Notes: generated from the sequence alone by a model not told the origin. 64,000 bases of DNA from Candidatus Bathyarchaeota archaeon (GCA_020346605.1 CP070784.1:2008105-2072104), one strand, 5' to 3'; positions 9,942 to 19,193 are shown, numbered from the stretch's first letter. Numbers and translations are program-made.

Positions 9942-11746
9942 GCGAGAGACGGCAGATCCTGACCCTCGTTGTGGTCACAGCCATCATCGGAATCTTAGCG
10001 GTGGCACTCACGGGGTACGTCGCCCTTCCAAGCTCTGATGGTAGGGACATTGTAGTTGAGGAGTACCGGGCAACTTTCCACGCCGACGGGACCCTGGAGG
10101 AGGAGTACACCTACGCGGTCAGGGTCCAGAGGTTCAGGATGCTCTACAGGAACTGGGAGGCCCCCCTCTCAGCCGAGCCCCTGGCCGAGCCTAACGTGGA
10201 GATGGTCAACGTCGAGCCCCCTGAGGGAGCTTTAGCCTACTACAAGGACCACTCTGGCACCGTGTATGTTGGCGGGCTCGGAAACGCCTACTCCAGAGAG
10301 ATCCGTTCCCTGGCGTACGACAACGAAGCTGGGGCCTTCAACCCAAATTACTATCCGCCCGGTAGGTACACTGTCAGCTACACGTTTATTGTCCATCCGC
10401 CCATTGAGCACGATGACACCCACGCCCACCTGAACCTGAAGCTCGCAGGGGAGCACATGAGATACGATCAGGTCACCATCACCTTCCAGGACGCTGAGGA
10501 CATCATCGAAGTGTACCCCCACCCGCCGAATCTGGAGGTCGAACGCCAAGGGAGCAGCATCGTGGTCACAGGTAGCTCTGAGGAGGACGAGCTCCTGGAG
10601 GTGGAGCTCCTCATGAACAGGGAGGCGCTGAACCGTCTGGAAGGCTTCCCGGAGGACGTGGCGAACGTCAAAACGAGGACCGAGAACGCAAACTCCGCCA
10701 CGAACCTCAAGTACGGCGCTGCCACCGCCCTCAGGTACGGGGCGCAGGCCTTCGCAATCGTCATGCCGGCGCTCATCTACATCGTCTACTACCGCTACGG
10801 CAGGGAGAGGGAGTACACAGTTCCCAGGTACCTCAGCTACGTCCCCAACAGGGAGCGGAAGCCGTGGCTGGTCAACCAGGTCTTCGTGAAGGGGGTGTTG
10901 GACTACGACGACGACGGCTTCTACGCCACCATTCTCGACCTGCACATGAGGAAGAAGATCAGGGTCACTACGAAGCCCGGGGGGCTCCTCATCGAGCTCC
11001 TGGACACGGAGGTCGAGGAGATCTACGAGAGGAGGGTCATCGGCTTCCTGCAGTCCCTCGCAGAGGACGGCGTCTTCGACACAGACAGGATAGAGGAGAT
11101 CATCGAGGGCCTGAAGCTGGGGGAGGAGGGCGCAGCGTACGTTCTCGGGCTCAGGAACCGCCTCGTGGAGATCACCACCTCAGTGGACAGGAGGGCGGCG
11201 TCCAAGTTCATCGTCCAGGGGAGGGGGAGGCTGCTCCCTCTGGTCGCCCTGTCCTTCGCCCCGCTAGTCGCCTCGATCGCCCTCATGGCTACGGCTCCCT
11301 TCCTAGTCCGAGGGCTCCTCTCCTCCTTTGTCCTGTCCTTCGTCTCCATCATCCAAGCGGTCATCGCAGTCTTCGCGCCCCCCGAGCTCTATGGCAGGTG
11401 GAGGGGGGACGCCTACAAGGAGAAGCTGGAGTGGGACGCCTTCGCCAAGCACCTCTCGGAGCTCTCCCAGATCAGGAGGTATCCGCCCGAGGACGTCTCC
11501 ATGTGGGGGGAGTGGCTGGTCTACGGAACGGCGCTGGGCGTCGGGGACAAGGTGGCCAAGGCGATGAGGGCTCTAAACGTGGAAATCCCAGAGGTCCACA
11601 TCGCCAGCTGGATGCCGATCTACTTCCACCCGCTGGTGGTGGCGAGCGCCCCCAGCAAGGGGAGGGTCAGCAGCGGGGGGTTCAGGGGCGGAGGGGGCTT
11701 CGGAGGCGGCAGTGGGTTCGGCGGAGGCGGGGCCGGCGCCAGGTGA
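9938..11746 (+). CDS. DUF2207-like membrane protein
   Basis: 602 aa. The start overlaps the lemA stop (ATGA). It has an N-terminal TM helix, a large external domain, C-terminal TM helices and a Gly-rich tail GGFRGGGGFGGGSGFGGGGAG, the architecture usually found downstream of lemA. Confidence 0.75.
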   Translation: MSERRQILTLVVVTAIIGILAVALTGYVALPSSDGRDIVVEEYRATFHADGTLEEEYTYAVRVQRFRMLYRNWEAPLSAEPLAEPNVEMVNVEPPEGALAYYKDHSGTVYVGGLGNAYSREIRSLAYDNEAGAFNPNYYPPGRYTVSYTFIVHPPIEHDDTHAHLNLKLAGEHMRYDQVTITFQDAEDIIEVYPHPPNLEVERQGSSIVVTGSSEEDELLEVELLMNREALNRLEGFPEDVANVKTRTENANSATNLKYGAATALRYGAQAFAIVMPALIYIVYYRYGREREYTVPRYLSYVPNRERKPWLVNQVFVKGVLDYDDDGFYATILDLHMRKKIRVTTKPGGLLIELLDTEVEEIYERRVIGFLQSLAEDGVFDTDRIEEIIEGLKLGEEGAAYVLGLRNRLVEITTSVDRRAASKFIVQGRGRLLPLVALSFAPLVASIALMATAPFLVRGLLSSFVLSFVSIIQAVIAVFAPPELYGRWRGDAYKEKLEWDAFAKHLSELSQIRRYPPEDVSMWGEWLVYGTALGVGDKVAKAMRALNVEIPEVHIASWMPIYFHPLVVASAPSKGRVSSGGFRGGGGFGGGSGFGGGGAGAR

Positions 11747-11953
11747 CTGATAGGGCTCCTCCCGAGGAAACATGTTAAACCTACCATAGGGATCCGTCTC
11801 GAAACCTTTGGGAGAAGAAGTTGTCCTCTACCTTCAGGCGCCTGCTGCTCGCGCTAGCGCAGCGACTAGCCTCCTGGGCCTGATACTGCTGATAATGGTC
11901 AGGGGGAACTTGGTTTCTTACGTATTCTCGCAGCATTGATGCTATCAAAACAT

Positions 11954-11993
11954 ACTTTGTTTTGCAAAGTGTTTAAATATCGCAAAGTACTTT
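11954..11993 (+). promoter_or_regulatory. TATA box flanked by operator-like inverted repeats
   Basis: ACTTTG(11954-59)/CAAAGT(11965-70) inverted repeat, TTTAAATA (11972-79), then palindrome AAAGTACTTT (11984-93). The GTG start at 12004 lies 24 nt after the TATA, a leaderless geometry. Confidence 0.55.
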
Positions 11994-12003
11994 ACCGTGT
12001 TCA

Positions 12004-12630
12004 GTGAATGAATTGGGCGAACAGATTGATCTCAATGCCATAGAGAGGCGGGCCTACCTCCTCTACCACGAAGACGGCCTCATCGACATCATCATAGGCG
12101 TGTGCATCATGATCTCCAGCCTGTACATATATGCGGAAATGATCTGGCTCGTGGGCTCGATAGTAGCGGTCTGGCTGCCAGTCTACATGGGCGCCAAGAG
12201 GAAGCTCACATTCCCCAGGATCGGCCAGGTGACCTTCTCCAGGAGCAGGTCGGGCAGGACCAGGAACGTCTTTTTCTTCTTCTTGGCGATGAATGTCCTC
12301 GGCGTCCTCCTTGGAGCCTATGCCTTTACGGCAGTTTCAGGGGGTTCCATTCCCGCATGGCTGGTTATCTTGGGCGAGTACTTCCCGATAGTAATCGGCC
12401 TGATAGGTGCCTCGCTCTTCTCCTTCATTGGTGCGATAACGGAGATCAAGAGATTCCACGGATACGCAGCAGTGGCACTCGTCGTCATGGGTTCAAACCA
12501 TTTCCTGGGGGTACCCTTCGCCGCCCATCTGGGGATTCTCGGGGTCGTAATCCTCACATCGGGAATAGTACAGCTCCAGACCTTCAGGCGTAAATACCCC
12601 GTCACAGAGGAGGTTCGAGACGCTGAGTGA
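12004..12630 (+). CDS. multi-pass membrane protein, unknown family (paralogue A)
   Basis: 208 aa with about 6 hydrophobic helices. Shares IDLxxIERRAY, (F/Y)PRIGxV and a C-terminal F(R/M)R..YP with the next gene. Confidence 0.7.
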   Translation: MNELGEQIDLNAIERRAYLLYHEDGLIDIIIGVCIMISSLYIYAEMIWLVGSIVAVWLPVYMGAKRKLTFPRIGQVTFSRSRSGRTRNVFFFFLAMNVLGVLLGAYAFTAVSGGSIPAWLVILGEYFPIVIGLIGASLFSFIGAITEIKRFHGYAAVALVVMGSNHFLGVPFAAHLGILGVVILTSGIVQLQTFRRKYPVTEEVRDAE

Positions 12631-12676
12631 CGAGATAGACCTCGACGAGATCGAGCGGAGGGCCTACAGGGAGACG

Positions 12677-13285
12677 GTGAAGGACGGATTCACGGAAATT
12701 CTCCTAGGAGTACTGCTCCTCTACAGCTCCCTGACCTGGCTGAGACCCGGCGTGACCTCCGCCTTCATACCCATGTTCATTATCTTCGGCCCCAGAATAT
12801 TGGAGGCCCTGAAGCAAAGGTACACTTACCCCCGTATTGGTTATGTGAAGCTCAAGGTCGAGGACGGAAGGGAGATCGCGAAGGGGATTTTCGGCTACAT
12901 GCTGGTCGTCTTCGCACTGATGGTTGTCGTGCTGGGCTCGGTCTACTGGGGCCGCTGGAGCTCCGACCTGGTCTACGGGTGGACTCCCGCGTTCATGGGG
13001 GCGATGCTGCTCGGTGGGATGCTCTACTACCAGGGAAGATCAGGCGAGGACAAGAACTACGTTTACGGCATCCTGGCACTCCTGGTCGGCATAGCGTTCT
13101 CCCTGTACGACTTCGAGCCTGTAATGATGGGGCTCGTGGACTACCTGCAGCTGACTGGTTGGGCCTCAATCCTCATCGGCCTCGTCACCTTCATGCGTTT
13201 CAGAAGCCGATACCCACTCCAGAAGGCCGAGGACAGCGAGTTAGAGGGTGTTGATGACAACATGAGCTCCGTTGGGAGGGATTGA
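12677..13285 (+). CDS. multi-pass membrane protein, unknown family (paralogue B; true start probably upstream)
   Basis: 202 aa from the first canonical start (GTG 12677). The in-frame sequence 12623-12676 encodes LSDEIDLDEIERRAYRET, which aligns with the N-terminus of paralogue A. Confidence 0.7.
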   Translation: MKDGFTEILLGVLLLYSSLTWLRPGVTSAFIPMFIIFGPRILEALKQRYTYPRIGYVKLKVEDGREIAKGIFGYMLVVFALMVVVLGSVYWGRWSSDLVYGWTPAFMGAMLLGGMLYYQGRSGEDKNYVYGILALLVGIAFSLYDFEPVMMGLVDYLQLTGWASILIGLVTFMRFRSRYPLQKAEDSELEGVDDNMSSVGRD

Positions 13286-13380
13286 GGGGATGTACGGTAC
13301 ACCTTCAACCTCATGGTGCAGCCTAGGTAGTATCCTGGGTCTCTCAACGGTGAGCCCTATACCGTCAAGGGTGGGAGCAG

Positions 13381-13698
13381 ATGCCTGACGGAGCCGAGGA
13401 GCCTTCCGGCGTCAGGAGCATCGACAAGCTGATCCACGAGCCCGCCAGGCTCCTCATAATGGCCCACCTCTACGTGGTGGAGGGCGCCGACGCCCTGTTC
13501 CTGAGGAGGCAGACGGGGCTCACATGGGGGAACCTCTCCTCCCACATGTCCAAGCTTGAGGAGGCAGGGTACATCGAGGTGGTGAAAGAGTTCGTCGAAA
13601 AGAAGCCACACACGGTGCTCCACCTCACCGTCGAAGGGAGGGAAGCCTTCGAGACATACAGGAAGAACATGAGCCAACTGTTTATAGACGCCGAATGA
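13381..13698 (+). CDS. winged-helix transcriptional regulator (ArsR/MarR-like)
   Basis: 105 aa with IHEPARLLIMAHL...LTWGNLSSHMSKLEEAGYIEVVKEF (helix-turn-helix plus wing). Confidence 0.75.
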   Translation: MPDGAEEPSGVRSIDKLIHEPARLLIMAHLYVVEGADALFLRRQTGLTWGNLSSHMSKLEEAGYIEVVKEFVEKKPHTVLHLTVEGREAFETYRKNMSQLFIDAE

Positions 13699-13822
13699 GC
13701 CATCAAGTCTGAGCATCATCCCATCTGGAGCCACGCAGCCGTGAAACTGCCCCGCGTAGTCCAGGCGCGGAGTTTGTGTGCAAAACCTTTTAGACAACGA
13801 GGGAGAAACCCGATCGATTATC

Positions 13823-15805
13823 ATGAAAAAGTTGTCTGAGTACAAGATCATGCCGATATTCCCGACGACACCAGTCAGCGACCCTCAGATCTCCCCCGAC
13901 GGGACGCGTATCCTCTTCACCTACTCCCAGGTGAACATGGAGGAGGACAAGTACGAGACGCAGATCTGGATCCAAGACTTAAAGGAGAAGAATCCGAGGC
14001 AGTTCACCTTCGGCAAACAGAACTCCACCAATCCCTGCTGGTCGCCCGACGGCAAGTTGATACTGTTCACCTCGAGCCGCCCCAGCGAGGACGACCCCAA
14101 GGAGGAGAAGAAGAAAAAGAAGGCCCAGCTCTACGTCCTCCCTGCTGACGGCGGCGAGGGAAGGCAGATCACCCAGGTCGAGGGCGGGGTCCAGAAGCCG
14201 GCGTGGTCCCCCAACGGGAAGAGTATCCTCTTTTTTTCGCATGTCTTCAAGGGGGAGAAGGCCACTGAGGAGAGCGACGTCAAGATCATCCGCAGGATGA
14301 AGTACAAGCACGACGGCCGCGGGTTCTCCGTGGGCGAGTATACCCATCTTTTCGTCGTCCCTGCGAAGGGGGGGAAGGTGAAGCAGCTCACGGACGGCGA
14401 GTACGACGTCGAGGCCGCCTCATGGTCTCCGGATGGCAAGACGATAGCGTTCATCTCCAACATGGACGAGGACGCCGACAAGTCCTTCTTCAGGAGCATC
14501 TACACCGTTCCCGTCAAGGGCGGGGAGCCCGAGCTGCTGAGGAAAGACCTCGGCAGGATTAGCGACCTACAATGGTCCCCGGACGGAAAATACATCGCAT
14601 ACACGGGTCGCGAGATTGAGGACCCCGACCTCGTCTGGCACAAGAACAGCGAGCTCTTCGTTCTTCCCGTCGGAAGGGGTAAGCCCAAGTGCCTCACAGC
14701 CGGCTTCGACAGGACCCTCAGCAGGGGCGGCGAGCTCAAATGGACGCCCGACTCCAAGGCCCTCTATGTCAAGTTCCCCAACTATGGCACCAACCACGTC
14801 TACAAGGTGACCATGAAGGGCGAGGTCGAGCCCGTCACCGAGGGGAATATGAACGTCGGCTCCTACAGCCTCGACGACGCCTGCTGCAAGGTGGCCTTCT
14901 CCGCCTCCGACGCAGTGACCCCGTCCGAACTCTGGATCTGGGACGAGGAGGGGCAGAGGAAGCTCACAGACCTGAACAAGCGCCTGCTAAAGAAGCTGCA
15001 CGTCAGCGAGCCGGAGGAGTTCTGGTTCACCGCCAGCGACGGCGTTAAGGTGCAGGGCTGGATCGTGAAGCCCTACGAGTTCAAGGAGGGGGAGAAGTAC
15101 CCGACCGTCATCGAGATCCACGGCGGGCCGCGGGGAGGCTACGGTTTCAACCTGGGAGCGGCAGAACACGAGTTCCATGTCCTGGCTGACCACGGGTACG
15201 TGGTCGTCTACACCAACCCCAGGGCGAGCACCGGCTACGGGGAGCAGTTCGCCGGCATCATCTCGGGGCACTGGGGGGAGAGGGACTACGACGACATCAT
15301 GGAGGCCACCGACTACGTCATCGAGAACTACGACTACATAGACCCGAAGAGGTTCGGGGTCCTCGGAGGGAGCTACGGTGGCTTCATGACCAACTGGATC
15401 GTGGGGCACACCGACAGGTACAAGGCTGCTGTGACCCAGAGGAGCATCAGCAACTGGTACAGCTTCCACGGGACCAGCGACATCGGCTGGATGACCCTGC
15501 CCACCCACGAACTGATCAACGGCAGCGATCCCTGGGACGACCTGGAGCTCTGCATGGAGAAGTCGCCGATAACCTACGTGAAGAACATGGTGACCCCACT
15601 GCTGATCATCCACTCCGAGAACGACCACCGATGCCCCATGGAGCAGGGGGAGCAGCTCTACATCGCCCTGAAGAAGCTGGGACGCACGACGGAGTTCGTC
15701 AGGTTCCCCGACGAGCCCCACGGACTGAGCAGGACGGGGAAGCCCAAGCACAGGGAGGAGCGGCTTCAGCACTTCGTCCGCTGGTTCGACAGGTACCTCA
15801 AGTAG
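13823..15805 (+). CDS. S9-family serine peptidase (acylaminoacyl-peptidase/prolyl oligopeptidase-like)
   Basis: 660 aa. N-terminal beta-propeller with repeated SPDG blades. Alpha/beta hydrolase domain with nucleophile elbow GGSYGG, ENDHRCP and PDEPHGL. Start moved to MKKLSEYKIMP by alignment with paralogue 17148..19118 (ORF track start 13778). Confidence 0.9.
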   Translation: MKKLSEYKIMPIFPTTPVSDPQISPDGTRILFTYSQVNMEEDKYETQIWIQDLKEKNPRQFTFGKQNSTNPCWSPDGKLILFTSSRPSEDDPKEEKKKKKAQLYVLPADGGEGRQITQVEGGVQKPAWSPNGKSILFFSHVFKGEKATEESDVKIIRRMKYKHDGRGFSVGEYTHLFVVPAKGGKVKQLTDGEYDVEAASWSPDGKTIAFISNMDEDADKSFFRSIYTVPVKGGEPELLRKDLGRISDLQWSPDGKYIAYTGREIEDPDLVWHKNSELFVLPVGRGKPKCLTAGFDRTLSRGGELKWTPDSKALYVKFPNYGTNHVYKVTMKGEVEPVTEGNMNVGSYSLDDACCKVAFSASDAVTPSELWIWDEEGQRKLTDLNKRLLKKLHVSEPEEFWFTASDGVKVQGWIVKPYEFKEGEKYPTVIEIHGGPRGGYGFNLGAAEHEFHVLADHGYVVVYTNPRASTGYGEQFAGIISGHWGERDYDDIMEATDYVIENYDYIDPKRFGVLGGSYGGFMTNWIVGHTDRYKAAVTQRSISNWYSFHGTSDIGWMTLPTHELINGSDPWDDLELCMEKSPITYVKNMVTPLLIIHSENDHRCPMEQGEQLYIALKKLGRTTEFVRFPDEPHGLSRTGKPKHREERLQHFVRWFDRYLK

Positions 15806-15853
15806 CCCGACCATCCCCTTTTTAACCCTATTTTCCATCCATATTGTCTCAAG

Positions 15854-16252
15854 ATGAGCACAGAGCCACTTTTCAGGAAGATCGACTGCGTACGGCTCCA
15901 CGTCACAGACCTCGAGGACGCCCTGTCTTTCTACCGCGAGAGGCTGGGCCACCAACTGACCTGGAGGACAGAGGGCTCCGCGGGCCTCAGGATGCCCGAG
16001 ACCGACGCTGAGATAGTGCTTCAGACGGAGCGTGAGGGTGAGGAGATCGATCTCCTCGTAGACTCCGCGTATACAGCCTCGAAACGGTTCGAGGACTCAG
16101 GAGGAGAAATAGTCGTTCCACCCTTCGACATCGCCATGGGGAGATGCTCCGTCGTGCGCGACCCCTGGGGGAACGAGCTCGTCCTACTGGACGCCAGCAA
16201 GGGCCGCCTTACAACCGACGCCGATGGGAACGTTATCGGCGTGGAGAAGTGA
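15854..16252 (+). CDS. VOC-family (glyoxalase/bleomycin-resistance fold) protein
   Basis: 132 aa with IDCVRLHVTDLEDALSFYRERLG ... VRDPWGNELVLL. Confidence 0.8.
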   Translation: MSTEPLFRKIDCVRLHVTDLEDALSFYRERLGHQLTWRTEGSAGLRMPETDAEIVLQTEREGEEIDLLVDSAYTASKRFEDSGGEIVVPPFDIAMGRCSVVRDPWGNELVLLDASKGRLTTDADGNVIGVEK

Positions 16253-16268
16253 GGAAGCCTTCGGCGGT

Positions 16269-16982
16269 CTACCACCACTGCTCGTACCTGATCCGATCGC
16301 TACGGGCGCCCATGCACTTGAGGACCAGCGTCATGTCCTGCCCCATCGGAGGGGGGCCGCAGACGTAGAAAAGGGAGTCGAGGTTTACGGGGATCTCCCG
16401 CAGCAGGCCAGCTGATATCCTACCCGTCGGACCGTCCCAGGACTCCTGCCCAGGCCGTGTGACCGTGAAGACGCACCTGATGTCCTCGTTTGTCGCGTCG
16501 ATCTCCTCCAGCTCCCTACGGAAGACGATCTCTGACGGGGTTCTGACGCTGTAAACCAGAGTCGCATCAGTGTCGATGGCTCCCTCGTGGACGTACCTGA
16601 GGATGCTCACGAGTGGCGTGATGCCTATGCCGCCTGCCAGCAGCACCAACGGGCCGCCCATCTCCTCGCTGTAGTAGAAGTCCCCCTGGCCGCCGTCGAC
16701 GTACACCGTTTCGCCCACCTCGGCGTGCTCGTGGAGGAAGCTGGTGACAGGGTTCTCTCCAGCGGCTCTGACTGTGAGCTCTATCGAATCCCTGGTCGTC
16801 GGGGAGGAGGTTATGGTGTACCCCGCCACGCCCCGCACCCCTTCGAGGTCTAGGTAGAAGTCAACCCACTGACCTGGGCGGAAGGAGAACTCGCGCCCGC
16901 CGAGGTCGAGGAGGAAGGACTTCACGCTCGGCGTCTCCCGGCGGATCCTCGATATCTCTGCCCTCACGAGCATCTCAGTCAC
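16269..16982 (-). CDS. FAD/NAD(P)-binding oxidoreductase (ferredoxin-NADP reductase-like)
   Basis: 237 aa with FAD-binding segment AGYTITSSP and NAD(P)-binding LLAGGIGITPL. No Fe-S domain. Confidence 0.8.
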   Translation of the reverse strand: MTEMLVRAEISRIRRETPSVKSFLLDLGGREFSFRPGQWVDFYLDLEGVRGVAGYTITSSPTTRDSIELTVRAAGENPVTSFLHEHAEVGETVYVDGGQGDFYYSEEMGGPLVLLAGGIGITPLVSILRYVHEGAIDTDATLVYSVRTPSEIVFRRELEEIDATNEDIRCVFTVTRPGQESWDGPTGRISAGLLREIPVNLDSLFYVCGPPPMGQDMTLVLKCMGARSDRIRYEQWW

Positions 16983-17147
16983 ACCGATGGTGAATCATTT
17001 TAGACCGTACTCAAATTTCAACGTACCCCCTCGATCCACCTTCGTTCCATTCCGGCTTCCATCCATGTGGCCACCAGAGCCGGAGAGCGACAGTTCCTTC
17101 GACTAGAAAACGATTTAGGAAAACAGCTCCACCATACTACGACAACG

Positions 17148-19118
17148 ATGAAGAAACTCGAGGACTACAAGATCATGCCCCTGTTCGCCTCGACTCCTGT
17201 GGGCGACCCGCAGGTCTCCCCGGACGGTGGCAGGATCCTGTTCACCCACTCCACCATCGACATGAAGGAGGACAAGTACCGCACCCACATCTGGCTCCAA
17301 GACCTGGGGGAGAAGAATCCCAGGCAGTTCACCTATGGCGCCGGCAGCGAGAGCTACCCCCGCTGGTCACCGGACGGCAAGGAGGTGCTGTTCCTGACGA
17401 ATAGGGAAGGCATCGGGAAGAACGACAAGAAGCCAACGCCCCAGATCTACGTTCTGAGGGCCGACGGGGGCGAGGCGAGGAAGGTCACCGACATGGAGGA
17501 GGGCGTCCAGCGCCCAGAGTGGTCCCCCAACGGTAGGAGCATCCTGTTCCTGTCCAGGGTATTCAAGGGGGAGAAGATGGACGGCGAGAGCGACGTTAAG
17601 GTGATCAGGCGTGTCAAGTACAGGTTCGACGCCCAGGGCTACTTCGTGGAGAAGTACACCCACCTGTTCACCGTCCCTGCCAAAGGGGGGAAGGCCAAGC
17701 AGCTGACGGAAGGGCTCTACGACGTGGAGTCCCCGGTATGGTCGCCGGACGCGAATAGGATAGCCTTCGTATCCAACCTCGACGAGGACGGCGACATCTC
17801 CCGGTACAAGCACATATACGTGGTCCCAGTGAAGGGGGGAGCCCCCGAGGTACTGCTCAGATGGAACGGGACCATCAACAGCATCTCCTGGTCGACATGC
17901 AGAGGGTACATCGCCTTTATAGGGCGCATCATCGAGGACCCGAGCCTGGTCTGGCACAAGAACAACGAGGTCTTCCTTCTTCCGGTCGAGGGCGGCGAGC
18001 CTAAGTACCTCACCGGCGATCTGGACAGGACGGTCTCCGGCGCAGCCCTGAAATGGTCTCCCGAATCAGGCGGCGTCTATTTCAAGATCAACGACCACGG
18101 TGAGACTCACATCTGCCGTGTGGATCTGGACGGCGCGGTGGAAAGGGTCACCGAGGGGAAGATGATGGTCGGCGACTATAGCATCGACGGGTCAGGCTCC
18201 CTCATCGCCTTCAACTGCACGGACAGCGCGACCCCCTACGAGCTCTGGATCAGGGACGGGAAGGGCCAGAGGAGGCTCACCGAGCTGACGAAGGGCTTCA
18301 TGAGGAAGCAGGTTATCAGCGAGCCGGAAGAGTTTTGGTTCACCGCCAGCGACGGCGCAGAGGTCCAGGGATGGATCATCAAGCCCCACGGATACGAGGA
18401 GGGCGAAAAGTACCCCACCTTGTTTGAGGTGCACGGCGGCCCCAGAGGTGCCTACGGGTACAGCTACGGCGCGGCGAACCACGAGTTCCAGGTCCTCGCC
18501 GGCCATGGCTACGCCGTGGCCTACACGAACCCCAGGGGGAGCACGGGTTTCGGCGAGGAGTTCGCCGGGGTCATCTCGGGCCACTGGGGGGAGAGGGACT
18601 ACATGGACGTCATGGAGGCTGTGGACCATGTGACTGGGGCCTACCACTACGTCGACGGCGACAGGCTCGGAATACTGGGTGGCTCCTACGGCGGTTACAT
18701 GACAAACTGGGTGGTGGGCCACACGGACAGGTTCAAGGCAGCGGTTACGATGAGGGGCATCAGCAACTGGTACAGCATGATGGGCACCAGCGACATCGGC
18801 TGGCAGGACCACGACGTCTCCTGGGGCAAGAACGCCTGGGAGAACCTGGACGAGATCATGAGCAAGTCGCCGATCAGCTACCTGGGGAACGTCACCACGC
18901 CTCTGCTGATCATCCACTCCGAGAACGACTTCAGGTGCCCCGTGGAGCAGGACGAACAGATGTTTATCGGACTCAAGAAGCAGGGGAAGGAGACGGAGTT
19001 CGTCAGGTTCCCCGACGAGTCCCACGGCCTCTCCAGGGGCGGCAAGCCCAAGCACAGGCTAGAGCGGCTCAGGCACATCGTTCGGTGGTTCGACCGCTAC
19101 CTCAAGGGGGACGAGTAG
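17148..19118 (+). CDS. S9-family serine peptidase (paralogue)
   Basis: 656 aa, colinear with 13823..15805 (MKKLEDYKIMPLF..., GGSYGG, ENDFRCP, PDESHGL). ORF track start 17067 rejected in favour of ATG 17148. Confidence 0.9.
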   Translation: MKKLEDYKIMPLFASTPVGDPQVSPDGGRILFTHSTIDMKEDKYRTHIWLQDLGEKNPRQFTYGAGSESYPRWSPDGKEVLFLTNREGIGKNDKKPTPQIYVLRADGGEARKVTDMEEGVQRPEWSPNGRSILFLSRVFKGEKMDGESDVKVIRRVKYRFDAQGYFVEKYTHLFTVPAKGGKAKQLTEGLYDVESPVWSPDANRIAFVSNLDEDGDISRYKHIYVVPVKGGAPEVLLRWNGTINSISWSTCRGYIAFIGRIIEDPSLVWHKNNEVFLLPVEGGEPKYLTGDLDRTVSGAALKWSPESGGVYFKINDHGETHICRVDLDGAVERVTEGKMMVGDYSIDGSGSLIAFNCTDSATPYELWIRDGKGQRRLTELTKGFMRKQVISEPEEFWFTASDGAEVQGWIIKPHGYEEGEKYPTLFEVHGGPRGAYGYSYGAANHEFQVLAGHGYAVAYTNPRGSTGFGEEFAGVISGHWGERDYMDVMEAVDHVTGAYHYVDGDRLGILGGSYGGYMTNWVVGHTDRFKAAVTMRGISNWYSMMGTSDIGWQDHDVSWGKNAWENLDEIMSKSPISYLGNVTTPLLIIHSENDFRCPVEQDEQMFIGLKKQGKETEFVRFPDESHGLSRGGKPKHRLERLRHIVRWFDRYLKGDE

Positions 19119-19193
19119 CCCCCTATATTCACACCTCTTCCCAGACTCGAATGACATAAAAACTTGTTAAATTGAAATAGAACTCGTTGAGCC

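Noticed and set aside
11683-11743. Gly-rich, GGC/GGG-rich repetitive DNA at the end of the DUF2207 gene, considered as a possible tandem repeat or contingency locus.
   Set aside because: It is low-complexity coding sequence for a GGFGGG tail common in this family. It is not a precise DNA repeat.
14095-14125. Poly-purine run (AAGGAGGAGAAGAAGAAAAAGAAGG) inside S9 peptidase 1, considered as a possible slippery or frameshift site.
   Set aside because: It simply encodes a Lys/Glu-rich surface insert (KEEKKKKKA). The reading frame and homology to the paralogue continue uninterrupted on both sides.
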